DNA of 63,521 bases, the filler included, from Octopus bimaculoides (lineage: Eukaryota): NCBI RefSeq assembly GCF_001194135.2. It is 5 parts of 4 records of this genome, joined end to end, with 100 filler letters (N's around TTAATTAATTAA, not from the genome) between each part and the next. Parts side by side here need not be neighbours in the genome. Positions count along the whole stretch, not along the records: positions 17,256 to 32,224 come from NC_068986.1; positions 32,325 to 57,133 come from NC_068988.1; 3 more parts are not named here. The stretch is one strand, 5' to 3'. Shown one piece after another: positions 26,804 through 38,968 of the stretch; position 1 is the stretch's first letter, and each line of letters starts with the position of its first letter. Under the pieces are notes generated by a model. That model was not told the origin of the DNA. It saw nothing but the letters and a program-made list of their open reading frames with translations, and did not search any database. The translations under genes were made by a program, and so were the position numbers.

Positions 26804-27245
26804 NNNNNNNNNNNNNNNNNNNNNNNNNNNNNNNNNNNNNNNNNNNNNNNNNNNNNNNNNNNNNNNNNNNNNNNNNNNNNNNNNNNNNNNNNNNNNNNNN
26901 NNNNNNNNNNNNNNNNNNNNNNNNNNNNNNNNNNNNNNNNNNNNNNNNNNNNNNNNNNNNNNNNNNNNNNNNNNNNNNNNNNNNNNNNNNNNNNNNNNNN
27001 NNNNNNNNNNNNNNNNNNNNNNNNNNNNNNNNNNNNNNNNNNNNNNNNNNNNNNNNNNNNNNNNNNNNNNNNNNNNNNNNNNNNNNNNNNNNNNNNNNNN
27101 NNNNNNNNNNNNNNNNNNNNNNNNNNNNNNNNNNNNNNNNNNNNNNNNNNNNNNNNNNNNNNNNNNNNNNNNNNNNNNNNNNNNNNNNNNNNNNNNNNNN
27201 NNNNNNNNNNNNNNNNNNNNNNNNNNNNNNNNNNNNNNNNNNNNN

Positions 27246-27330
27246 TCTTTCAGTTTCCGTCTACCAAATTCACGCACAAGGCTTTGGTCGGTCCGAGGCT
27301 ATAGTAGAAGTGTTTGGCTACTTACCACAC
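27246..27330 (-). mobile_element. SINE family 2, 5' part (remainder in the gap)
   Basis: TCTTTCAGTTTCCGTCTACCAAATTCAC.CACAAGGCTTTGGTCGG.CCGAGGCTATAGTAGAAG is the reverse complement of the 41404 copy. Confidence 0.85.
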
Positions 27331-28230
27331 ATTCACTCCTAATCTGTAGAATGTTTAAAAAGTGAATGAAAGCTTGCATTATTTATTCTATTTCGACATT
27401 AAATTCTTTTCTGATGTTCTTTATATTAAAGGATAAAACTGTGTATATACCGATGTATACTGTGTGTATAAACACTATGAATACGAATGCACGGAAGTGA
27501 ATATTCATGATGAGAGAATGCAGTATATATGCGTTATTGCAATTGTGCAATTTCATTAATTGTTTATTGAAAGTCATCACTATAGTGACACCTACCAGTG
27601 AAGTGTTCTTAGAAAATTATCTACAACACATAGTATCAATGTTATAGAAAAATTCTAATTCTATGCAAGAAACAATCAAAATAAAAAGACGAACAATTTG
27701 AAAATATAAATCGTTAAATGTTTAGGAAAGTAAACGTTCAAGACGAAAAAACAAACTAGATAATACCGTGTTTTCTTACGATTAATACGTTAAAAGAAAT
27801 GCAGTAAGGCTTCGAGACAAAGAGAAGCACAAACCGTTGAGCTCCTCAACAAATTATGATTCAGAAAAGCGTCCATTCACAAATTCGTGTGTGTTTTGAA
27901 GTTCGCAAGGCAAGATACATTTAATTTTCTCCGTGTGTAACTATCTCTATGCCGTTATTTAGGTTGTCAGAGAATAATCGATAGTTTCCCTTTGTTGCGC
28001 TTTGGAATTCTTCTCTCGTAATCCCATTGCTATATAAACATCCTTTCTCAATTTCTCTAAGTCATTTTTGAACGTTTTTCGTGTGCAACCAGCAATACTT
28101 TTCAAACTCGAATGAACTGTGGACACCATGGATATGAATAATTTTGTCTTGGACACCAAAAGTTTGATGGTTTCTAAAATACAACCGATGCTGTGGTACC
28201 ACAAGCAAACATAAAAAAAATGGCGCTCTA

Positions 28231-28275
<45 letters not shown>

Positions 28276-28426
28276 NNNNNNNNNNNNNNNNNNNNNNNNN
28301 NNNNNNNNNNNNNNNNNNNNNNNNNNNNNNNNNNNNNNNNNNNNNNNNNNNNNNNNNNNNNNNNNNNNNNNNNNNNNNNATATATACATATACATACATA
28401 CATACATCTACATGTATATATACGTC

Positions 28427-28467
<41 letters not shown>

Positions 28468-28468
<1 letters not shown>

Positions 28469-28660
28469 CCAGAGTAAGAACATTAAAGCGGAGCAAGGTG
28501 GAAAAAAATAGTACTCGAATACCACAGATAGAGTAATATGCTTTATTGAAAAGCACCAAAAATATCACAAAAACTGTTACTCAGAGTATCACGTTGCCGT
28601 TCGCGGGAACGTGAAACTCTGAGTGACAGTTTTTGTGATATATTTGCTGCTTCTTCATAA
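28468..28660. mobile_element. Penelope-type terminal fragment with inverted duplication forming a long hairpin
   Basis: 28562-28599 and 28604-28641 are reverse complements (3 mismatches in 38 bp) around a TTCG loop. The left end abuts (TA)n. Confidence 0.65.
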
Positions 28661-29671
28661 AATATATATATGTTTGCTTGTGTGTGTATGCGTGTATCGT
28701 TCAGACAACTTAATTACATGCGTTTAACACTTATGCATATAATTTCAATGTCATTTTCTCTCTCTTTCTCTTTCTCTCTCTCTCACTCACTCTGTCATTT
28801 CTCTATCATTTCTGCTCTCACTCTCTCTTTCACTCTAAAATACATGCATATACATACGTATATACATACATATATTTATGTATGTATATAAATATATATA
28901 TTTGTGTGTGTGTGTATGTATGTATGTAATTATGTATAAATGTATGCATATATGTGTGTATCTGCGTGTTAATGTATGTGTGTACATGTGTGTGTATGTG
29001 TGTGTGTGTGTGTGTGTATGTGTGTGTGTGTTTGTATGTTTTTAAAATACACGTACTGGTATATATACATACATATATAATTATATACATACCTACTTAC
29101 GTTCAGCTCGCAGTTCTATATCAACTCCATTTGTTTTTGATTATTTTTTTCTCTTTTTTATACATTATATTTTATATATTTCTAATTTTTAAGTCGCTCT
29201 ATATTTTCCTTTTTCTTTTGTAAATTCACAACTATTCAACTGCGAGAATGAATTGTAAAACGAAGTATATGAATGAGACAGAAAAAACAATGTGAACCAG
29301 ATTGAATCTATTGTGAAAATGTAATGTTATTATGAATAGCATATTAGAAATTCGTGCTGAAATTAAATTACTAGATGCTTATAGAAAACTAAAAGGATGC
29401 GTATGGAATATCAAATAGTGAGCTAGAGAGCGCAATGTGGGAATGAGACAAAGCTTAATTGTTTGCAATTGAATAGAGAATATATATTTTAAGGCAAAGA
29501 ATCTGATTGCACATCTTCGGCAAAAGAGAACATTCCAAACGGATTGTTAGAGAATAGAACATGAATAACCGCAATAGAGAAATAATAAATATGTACATAT
29601 GCATACAAGTAAAACTGTATCGTTAATACATCTCCACATATACCACTACATGTTTATATGCACACATAAAT

Positions 29672-29749
<78 letters not shown>

Positions 29750-30473
29750 GTATATATATATTATATATATATGCATGTATCTATATATGTATCNNNNNNN
29801 NNNNNNNNNNNNNNNNNNNNNNNNNNNNNNNNNNNNNNNNNNNNNNNNNNNNNNNNNNNNNNNNNNNNNNNNNNNNNNNNNNNNNNNNNNNNNNNNNNNN
29901 NNNNNNNNNNNNNNNNNNNNNNNNNNNNNNNNNNNNNNNNNNNNNNNNNNNNNNNNNNNNNNNNNNNNNNNNNNNNNNNNNNNNNNNNNNNNNNNNNNNN
30001 NNNNNNNNNNNNNNNNNNNNNNNNNNNNNNNNNNNNNNNNNNNNNNNNNNNNNNNNNNNNNNNNNNNNNNNNNNNNNNNNNNNNNNNNNNNNNNNNNNNN
30101 NNNNNNNNNNNNNNNNNNNNNNNNNNNNNNNNNNNNNNNNNNNNNNNNNNNNNNNNNNNNNNNNNNNNNNNNNNNNNNNNNNNNNNNNNNNNNNNNNNNN
30201 NNNNNNNNNNNNNNNNNNNNNNNNNNNNNNNNNNNNNNNNNNNNNNNNNNNNNNNNNNNNNNNNNNNNNNNNNNNNNNNNNNNNNNNNNNNNNNNNNNNN
30301 NNNNNNNNNNNNNNNNNNNNNNNNNNNNNNNNNNNNNNNNNNNNNNNNNNNNNNNNNNNNNNNNNNNNNNNNNNNNNNNNNNNNNNNNNNNNNNNNNNNN
30401 NNNNNNNNNNNNNNNNNNNNNNNNNNNNNNNNNNNNNNNNNNNNNNNNNNNNNNNNNNNNNNNNNNNNNNNNN

Positions 30474-30520
<47 letters not shown>

Positions 30521-30734
30521 TATATATATATATATATGTTGCATGTATGTTTATATGTATGAATGTGTATGGATGGATGTATAACTTGTGCTGTTTATCA
30601 AGTCAATGCAAACATAAATTACACAGGGTGAAAAAATTACGTGATTGCAAGGTGGACTGATATGTTTTAATTGACAGAGGGACAGTGTTTCGTGTTTCGC
30701 TCCTCAGTTTGTTGTCAGAATTCAAAAGACACTG

Positions 30735-30892
30735 AAGGCGGTGAAGTGGCAGAATCGTTAGCACGCCGGGCGAAGTGCTAATCGGTATTTCGTCTGTCTT
30801 TACATTCTGAGTTCAAATTCCGCCGGGGGCGCTTTGCTTTTCATCCTTTCGGCGTCGATAAATTAAGTACCAAGTTGCGTACTGAGGTCGAT
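30735..30892 (+). mobile_element. SINE family 1, 3'-truncated
   Basis: AAGGCGGTGAAGTGGCAGAATCGTTAGCACGCCGGGCG..GAGTTCAAATTCCGCC..CATCCTTTCGG.GTCGATAAATTAAGTACC. Confidence 0.9.
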
Positions 30893-31291
30893 GAGAAAAA
30901 GATTCAAAACACATTGGATTACCTGTTGTGCATTTAAAATTATGAAGAAAATCTTAAAATGTTCTGTCTGGGCCCCTATATGTATTGCACATGCAAATTT
31001 AAATTATATGAAGCAATGTGAAATAAATTTTTTTGGTACATACTAAACCTAGTACGTACTAAATTTTATATACATGTATATACAAACGTATATGTATGTA
31101 TGTACATATATGTATATATGGTCGTGTGTGTGTGTGTGTGTGTGTTTGTGTGTGTGATTGTGCGTGTGCGTTTGTGTTTGGTCGCTTTTGTGTGTTTGTG
31201 CGTGTGAGTTTATGTGTGTGTTTAAGTGTGTGTGTGTTTTCGTGTGTTTGTGTTTCTCTGTGCATTTTTGTGTTTGTATGTGTGTTTGTAT

Positions 31292-31327
<36 letters not shown>

Positions 31328-31342
31328 CTGGGTGTGTGTGTC

Positions 31343-32205
31343 GAATGGGCTGTCATCCAATAGGCGGAAAAGAATAATATGCTGCTGAACGTCGACAAAT
31401 ATAAGTTAATCCACTTCGGAGAAGAGGATACCCTGAAATTCCCATACACCCTTCCATCAGGAGAAACTCTCATGGCATACAACAACATCAGAGACTGTGG
31501 TCAACAATAAACGCTTTGCTGCTCATAAGAAGCACCAAAGTTAACATGGCCCGCACAATGTGCTGCTGGATTCTTTGAACTTTCTAGTCGAGAGTATCAA
31601 CTCCACTATCCTTCTCTTCTCTACTTCTGCCCGACCCCATCATGAATACTGTTGTCCACTGTAATCTCCCCAAACGAAAAATATTATCAGGAAAATTGAA
31701 GTAACTCAAAAGTCAATTAAAAAAAGATAGCAGGGATGACAACCTTGACAATTGGGGTCGACAACAAAAGCCAAGGCTGTATTCTCTCCAATGCTGCCGT
31801 GAGCGCTACATCATCTACATGATGTATAAAATATTCTATCAGCATTGCGCAAATGATTTTGCATAGCCTTTTAGAAATACCCAAGATGTGGACCCCGTGT
31901 TGTCGGCCCACAATATATATCATACACGCATCACATAACAACAATACGACACACTTATTTCATCTCAATTGGCCCCGCTCTCCTTAACATTACACCAAGA
32001 CACATTAAAGCAGAAACAGACCCCATAGGGTTCAAGAAGTCTTTGGACAAATTCATTCAAGAAATCTCGTATAAGCCTCTTAGACACGGATATGTCTCTA
32101 GAAACAATAACCTTTTCCTCGAGTGGGACATGTTATCCGATTTCTATTACGTTAGACATGATGTGGCCCAATACTGGCCTAAACCTATCAATGTATCAAT
32201 GTAAG
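31343..32205 (+). mobile_element. CR1/L2-type LINE 3' fragment (RT C-terminus + 3' UTR), degenerate
   Basis: Manual translation gives AEKNNMLLNVDKYKLIHFG, ILLFSTSARPHHEYCCPL*SP and RLYSLQCCRERYIIYMMYKI, matching the CR1-type W..N.M.FN..K, L.RP.LEY...W.P and L.SL..RR.R..LI..YKI motifs. Confidence 0.8.
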
Positions 32206-32268
32206 TATATATATATATATATATNNNNNNNNNNNNNNNNNNNNNNNNNNNNNNNNNNNNNNNNNNNN

Positions 32269-32280
32269 TTAATTAATTAA
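32269..32280. other. Artificial scaffold linker (44N-TTAATTAATTAA-44N)
   Basis: Same cassette as at 17200. Confidence 0.95.
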
Positions 32281-33215
32281 NNNNNNNNNNNNNNNNNNNN
32301 NNNNNNNNNNNNNNNNNNNNNNNNTATATATGCAAATATATAAAAACAAAAAGATAAAGAGAGCAAAGGTAAGGGTGAAGAAATTTATGGATAATATAAA
32401 TATTATATATATATACATAAATATATATATGTATATGTGTGTGTGTGTGTATTTATACATACATACATACATACATATATCTGAGGATAGAAACATTCAT
32501 GTATGGGAATCTCACACGTGGAAGCAATGGACAGAGTGTTTTTACAATGTTTGTTTTTACCATAAGGGAGAACTTTCTTCACAGCAACCGCAGTGAATTT
32601 GGCTTTAGCAGTTGAAATATGTCACAAACATATTTTAACTGACCGAATGTTCGTCAAAATATATATAATCAAAAAAATAAATAACAAGCGCTGGATGTGT
32701 CACTTCATTATAGGTGTTTCCAACGAATTTCTTAATAGCTTCATAAGTATCATAAGAAAGCATCATAAGAAAACAAAAACTGTCAGATGATACTTAACAC
32801 TTCAAATAATATAAGAACAACATATAACCGCAAGGGGCGAACGAAAACTGATTCAAGCTAAGGCTGGCTTGGAATGAGAGAAAAAAAGCAAAGCTAGGAT
32901 GATATTAAGAAGTTAGTCAGTGAGTATTGGCGTACAAAAGATTTAGAGCTTCTAGTGTAGTTAGTGAGCATGTTAGGGGTGGGATAGAGAAAAGAGCCAG
33001 GCAGTCTAGTGTGTTATCACAACCTAAAAGATAATATTGGGTTAATTATATACGTATCTCCTTGATATTCATTTTAGCTCTAATGATGTGACACTTATTC
33101 CTCGTTTGTTATGCATTTGTTCATAATACACGTCACTGGAATCCCGATCCATCGGACATTCTGGAGCATATCAAATACTGTACAACCAATACGACGTACA
33201 TTTTGGGATTAGCCC

Positions 33216-33280
<65 letters not shown>

Positions 33281-33287
33281 ATATATA

Positions 33288-33410
33288 TATAAACAATATA
33301 TGAGTATATGCATATATATGTACATGTATGTACATACCTTCATCCACATGTACATATAGATACAAAACTGGGTACATGACGTGGCAACAGAACATGGACA
33401 AAATGGTATG
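33288..33410. repeat. Fragment of a dispersed repeat, homologous to 1815-1958
   Basis: Colinear similarity with 1815-1958, adjacent to (TA)n. Confidence 0.6.
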
Positions 33411-33475
33411 ATTAAGTCTAGATTGAAACTAGTGCAAACAAGCTCACCCATGGTATAGAATGTACAGAAAAGTAA

Positions 33476-33608
33476 TAGGAGCGATGTAAGAAGTTCTTTT
33501 TCCCAACCTCAAGGTTTCGGGTTCAGTCCCATTGCGTAGGAGCTTGGACAAATGTGTTGAACTACAATCGTAGGCCACGTGAGTGGATTTCGTAGACGAG
33601 AACTGAAT
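33476..33608 (+). mobile_element. Degenerate SINE family 2 head
   Basis: CCCAACC..GGTTTCGGGTTCAGTCCCATTGCG..TTGGACAAATGTG..GTGAGTGGATTT.GTAGACG. Confidence 0.7.
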
Positions 33609-33866
33609 ACACACACACACACACATTTATATATACACGTAGTGCTGAGATGTTCCTTCGGTAAACGAAAATACACAAGGTTCAGTTAATCATGATTATA
33701 TTGAACATATTCCCTTCTCAGATTCGCACACTTACTGCAATGGTCCTTCAGTTTTTCTAAGCCTTGTAAAAGAACTCTGAAGATTGGGCTCCCAGCCAGG
33801 CCTGTCATGATTCCTTTAAAGCCATGAACATTTCAGCACCCTCTCGTTTATGTATAGGCCTGACGT

Positions 33867-34112
33867 CAGTGGTCCCCAGCCACCAAACTGCAATATATAT
33901 ATATATATATGTATTTTAAAATTTTATTTCTGTTTTATTGATTATCGCAGACTTGAAGTTGTTTTACATTATATATGTATTATATATGTAATAAATAAAT
34001 AAATTATATATGAACACTATTGTGTATTTTTTTATTCGCGTGATTCCCGCTCGGTGAAAAAAGAGTCTTGCACGAAACCGGTCTGTGATACAAAACAAAG
34101 TTTGGAGACAAT
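33867..34112 (+). mobile_element. Possible hAT/Charlie-type non-autonomous DNA transposon, degenerate
   Basis: Starts CAGTGGTCCCCAGCC. The other end GAAACCGGTCTGTGATACAAAACAAAGTTTGGAGAC resembles Charlie-type subterminal ends. No 8-bp TSD recognisable. Confidence 0.4.
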
Positions 34113-34147
34113 TATGTTAAATTATAGTAGGCAATATTTTGCATAGA

Positions 34148-34950
34148 AAAGGCGGCGAGCTAGCAGAAACGTTAGAGTTCAAATTCCGCCGAGGTCGACT
34201 TTGCCTTTCATCCTTTCGGAGTCGATAAATTGAGTACTAGTTACGCACTGGGGTCGCTGTAATCGACTTAATCGCTTTGTCTGTCCTTGTTTGTCCCCTC
34301 TGTGTTTAGCCCCTTGTGGGCAATAAAGAAATAAGAAACCTTCACACCCTGGGCGAAATGCTTAGTGGTATTTCGCCTGTTTCTACCTTCTTCGTACAAA
34401 TTCCTCCAAGGTCGACTTTACTTTTCATCCTTTCGGGGTCGATAAATTAAGTACCAGTTACGTACTAGGGTCGATCTAATTGATTGAACCCCTCTCCGAA
34501 ACTTTCGGGCCTTGTGCTTAGAATAGAAACAAATATTTTGCATAAAAAAGCGGCGAGCTGGCAGAAACGTTAGCACGGGCGAAATGGTTAGCGGTATTTC
34601 GTCCGACTTTGCGTTCTGAGTTCAAATTCCGCCGAGGTCAACTTTGCCTTTCATCCGTTTGCGGTCGATAAATTAAGTACAGTGACGCACTGGGGTCGAT
34701 GAAATCGACTTAATCCTTTTGTCTCTCCTTGTTTGTCCCCTCTATGTTTAGCCTCTTGTGGGCAATAAAGAAATAAACGTTAGCACGTCTGTCTCTACTG
34801 GCTGAGTTCCCAATTCTGCCGAGGTCGATTTTGTCTTTCATCCCTTAGGTGTCGACAAATTAAGTACCAGTTGTGTACCAGTGTCCATCTAATCGACTGG
34901 CCCCCTCCCCCAATATTTCGAGCCTTGCACCTAGAGTATGAAAGAATATT
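34148..34950 (+). mobile_element. Four SINE family 1 units as two A+B dimers (34148-34530, 34547-34950)
   Basis: Each dimer is head + core + tail A (TTAGCC.CTTGTGGGCAATAAAGAAATA) followed by a 5'-clipped unit + tail B (TTTCG.GCCTTG..C.TAGA.TA.GAAA). Confidence 0.9.
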
Positions 34951-34985
34951 GTTTGTCTCTATACTTATCATAAAACAGTTTAATT

Positions 34986-35142
34986 CTTTGTTCACTTGCT
35001 CTAGTCACTAATAACAAAATTGAAAGAGGAATGAATCAAAAAGACATACATGCGTGCGCGTGTGTGCGTTTGTGCGCGCGCGCACGTGTGATATCCAACG
35101 TAATGTTTGTCAACAATTAAAGACAATATCATTATTTCTGTC
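34986..35142 (+). repeat. ~157-bp segment duplicated at 37521-37675
   Basis: CTTTGTTCACTT.CTCTAGTCACTAATAACAAAATTGAAAGAGGAATGAA.CAAAAAGACATACATGCGTGCGC...GATATCCAACGTAAT...GACAATATCATTATTTCTGTC is present at both loci. Confidence 0.9.
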
Positions 35143-35313
35143 GACAACTTTTTAGCTTGAGAATATAACAATATTTCAAATGAAAACTATCAAATACCCT
35201 TGAAGCATATTTCAAATAATTTGCAGGAAATTGATATACGAGAAAGAACTGAAATAGAAACCAATTATACTGCCAACCTCAAAGCAGGAATTCGTTACGT
35301 ACATACATACATG

Positions 35314-35359
<46 letters not shown>

Positions 35360-35474
35360 ACACACANNNNNNNNNNNNNNNNNNNNNNNNNNNNNNNNNN
35401 NNNNNNNNNNNNNNNNNNNNNNNNNNNNNNNNNNNNNNNNNNNNNNNNNNNNNNNNNNNNNNNNNNNNNNNNNN

Positions 35475-35505
<31 letters not shown>

Positions 35506-35891
35506 AATTTTAGATATCTTTGAATGCATGCTTTTGTCAATACCAACGTTGTCTTACATGATTTCCGAAGCCTTCGGAAGAAGCCTTATTTAAAAATTGA
35601 TTATCATATTCAAAGAAATTAGAAATATTTATGTAATATTACATACAAGGTGTGTCTGCAATTGATTAATCACCTCAAATATAATAAAACCTTATAGATT
35701 ATTTTCTGCAGCTTATACTACTACACTGAGTTGCACTCTTGGTTACTTAAGATGTGCATAAATTATGATTGCTTTTATACAATATAAAAAAACGGTTTTA
35801 ATTCGGGATCAGTATACGTACATACATACATGCATGCACACATACATACATACATACATACATGTATATACGTGTACATTCGTATGCATAC

Positions 35892-35929
<38 letters not shown>

Positions 35930-36604
35930 TGTATATATATATATATATATATATACATATGTATATCACACACACACACACACAAAACTATATGTGTATG
36001 TATGTATGTATATATATATGGAACTCGTGCATGTCTGAAGCAAAAATGTATTCTCTATTGATGTTTCACAAAAGTTACCTAACACTGGATAAGAAAGTAA
36101 ATCAGTTCTAATGTGCAGAAGATCCTCTACTTGATCTAATGATAAGAAAAACGTGTTTCCTCTAGTCTAGTTACACCTAACAAGCAGCAACAGATTATTC
36201 ATGTTGCCTAAACTCAAACTTCAAACGACAACTTTGATGAAAAGTAATCGAGCATCTTTTGGTTTTTCATATAGATTCAGTAGTAGCGGCAGCAGATGTT
36301 TTAAAATATACAATTAGAAAGTTGGAAGTTTACGCTATACGACGAGGCAACTATCTTACAAATGCTTTGTGAATCAGTTTCAATTACCCTAGGGTGCGGA
36401 TTACGTGATCACTGCCAACCGCCACTCCATGAGCGAGTATGTTTTGTTAACACGTACTGAGCGTTCGCTAACTGTTTCGTGTGCCAATGTAATTCAAAGC
36501 AGACATAGACGAACTCAAGACGTAGACACACCCTGGACTTTATATCCCTGTCTTAACGTAGCCCCAGCAACAAGAGAAAGCTTCACTAAAACTAATCTCC
36601 TCTT

Positions 36605-36740
36605 CATTTTCAGCTGAATGGATTGGAGCAATGTGAAATAAAGTGCCTTACTTAAGGGGACAGTTTGCCGGCCAGTACACAAATCTAATACCCGTCTTTA
36701 CAACGGGTATTCAGTACCTTAACCATTTGGCTACCAGTCA
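36605..36740 (-). mobile_element. Fragment of a further tRNA-derived SINE family
   Basis: TTTTCAGCTGAATGGATTGGAGCAATGTGAAATAAAGTGCCTTACTTAAGGGGACA..CCTTAACCATTTGGCTACC resembles a reverse-oriented tRNA head plus body. Confidence 0.5.
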
Positions 36741-36989
36741 TCAAATTATGGAGTCACAATATCCAAACTACATTCAAAATTAGCATTGTTGCGTCTGAAA
36801 ATGAGTTTTGTACATTTTATGTCTTCAGATACTACTAATAACAAATTCTGATTAACTTTAGAACAGCCTATAACTATAGTTAGGTCGTTTACTGAAATGC
36901 AGAAAAACATATTCAAAGATGTCAAGTCACTCATCTGATTAAAACAAGTTGTTTTTTTTACGTTTATACACTCTGTTGGTTTTGACTTG

Positions 36990-37890
36990 TGAGAAAGCAG
37001 TGAAGCAGAACAACAGGAACTCGCTATCAGACTGGAAGAAGTATCAAGAACATATGAGATGGAGATCAGCCCACAAAGGAGCAAGATCTTGGTTAATACT
37101 AACGACCAAGATGCAACAACCAACATCATGCTAAATGGAGAGAGACTTAATGAAATGGATACCTTCAAGTACCTTGGATCCACTTTGACCAAGGATGGCA
37201 GATCTCAAACGGAGATAACAAAATTCAGTTTAACCTCTGCCGCCATGACGAAGCTGAACAACATGTCGAAAAGCAATTCTATTAGCTGTTCCACAAAACT
37301 CAGAGTGTACAAGACCCTGGTGACTTCGATTCTTCTGTTTAGGTGTGAGAGCTGAACTCGTACAGCTGGCATAGAGCGAAGAATCCCAGGATATGAGCTC
37401 AGGTGCTTCTAAAGACTGTTATACATCCCATTCACTGAGCACAAAATGAACGGTTGTGTCAGGCATTGCACAAGTAAAAGGATGAAAGCTTTGCGGGTAC
37501 AGTCATGTATCCTTCCACAACTTTGTTCACTTACTCTAGTCACTAATAACAAAATTGAAAGAGGAATGAAGCAAAAAGACATACATGCGTGCGCTTATGT
37601 GTGTTTGTGCGCGCGCATGTGTGATATCCAACGTAATTTTGGATATGAATTAAGGACAATATCATTATTTCTGTCAACCCTGAACCATTCTTCAGGTCAC
37701 AGTTGAGGGAGGCCAAAAGAGAGGCAGACAGTGAAAATCTTGGTTTAGCAACATCAAGGACTGGACAGGTCACAACACACCGAGCCTGCTGTGCATGACA
37801 CTGAATAGAGACAAGTTGCTAAGGCTGATTATGAAAGCGTCTAAAGAGGCATCCCCACGGATAGCTTCATCGGTTTAGGGATTTTAATGA
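36990..37890 (+). mobile_element. RTE-clade LINE 3' fragment, interrupted at ~37490-37680
   Basis: MEISPQRSKILVN..IMLNGERLNEMDTFKYLGSTLTKDG..TKLRVYKTLVTSILLFRCES* resumes as TILQVTVEGGQKRGRQ*KSWFSNIKDWTG and ends in an (ATG)n-like tail. Confidence 0.85.
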
Positions 37891-38925
37891 TGATCATCAT
37901 CATCATGATCATGATGATGATACACTCATATATATATATAAAGTCTTTTTTATGTATATTCACAAATATGTATACATATTTGTGTATGTCTGTATACATG
38001 TCTGTGTATATTATGTTGTTTATACACGCAAGCGAACATACGTGCGCGCGTGTGTACTTATATAAGAAAAAGCTAATAATTCTGAGCGGTCAGTGACATG
38101 TATTTGAACAATGTTGACGAAAAAGGTTATGTTAAATAACATACAAGGCACATACTTGATTTATCGAAACTATCACCGCTTTCGGAGAGAGGGTAGAACA
38201 ATTGCTTGTTGGTGACCAACTCCAAAGGAGAGGCAGAAATAATGTTAAGAGCCAAGAATTTTCTCCCCGATTGATATGCCATAATATATATATGCATATA
38301 CACACATGCACACACAAACATCACGAAACCTACATCCTTACATACATACACATTTCACACACACACACATAATTATGCCAAGGACCTATAATCCTTTAAG
38401 GGATGTTGCAACCTAGTTCTCCGGTTTTTACCAGTGTTCAGTGAAAAACTAAATTCGTTAGATTTGCATTAATTGAGATGGGTAATTGAACTATTTATGG
38501 ATAAGAAAAAGAAGTAAATGAAGAAATTTACATATATACATCAGTTTATTCAAAGATATTCAAATCAATATAATCTTATCTCTACAGCCGTTTCTTTAAC
38601 CAATTAATTCAATTAGAGAAATTAAATTAAATTAGATTAATTTAAAATGTTCATATTGAAAGTGGTTAATTGAGTATTTCATCATGGGAAAAATTACCAG
38701 AAAGGAGTTACATTCCAGCGTGTTGGTCGCATGCACAATTAGATTAAAAAATGTTACAGCTCTCTCTCTCTCTCCCTCTCTCTCTCTCTCCCTCACTCTC
38801 TCTATCTCTCTCTATTGATATCTCTCTCTCACTCTAACACCTAGTTCACCCTAAATGTAACACCACCACCAATAACAACTATTATGTATTACAAACGCAC
38901 AGGCAAAACTATTTCGAACATATTT

Positions 38926-38968
<43 letters not shown>

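Noticed and set aside
34148-34950. Repeated units as a CRISPR-like array
   Set aside because: The units are ~200-bp diverged SINE copies without unique spacers, in eukaryotic DNA with no cas genes.
36678-36702. AATACCCGT/ACGGGTATT 9-bp hairpin
   Set aside because: Short, inside a SINE fragment, and expected by chance at this window size.
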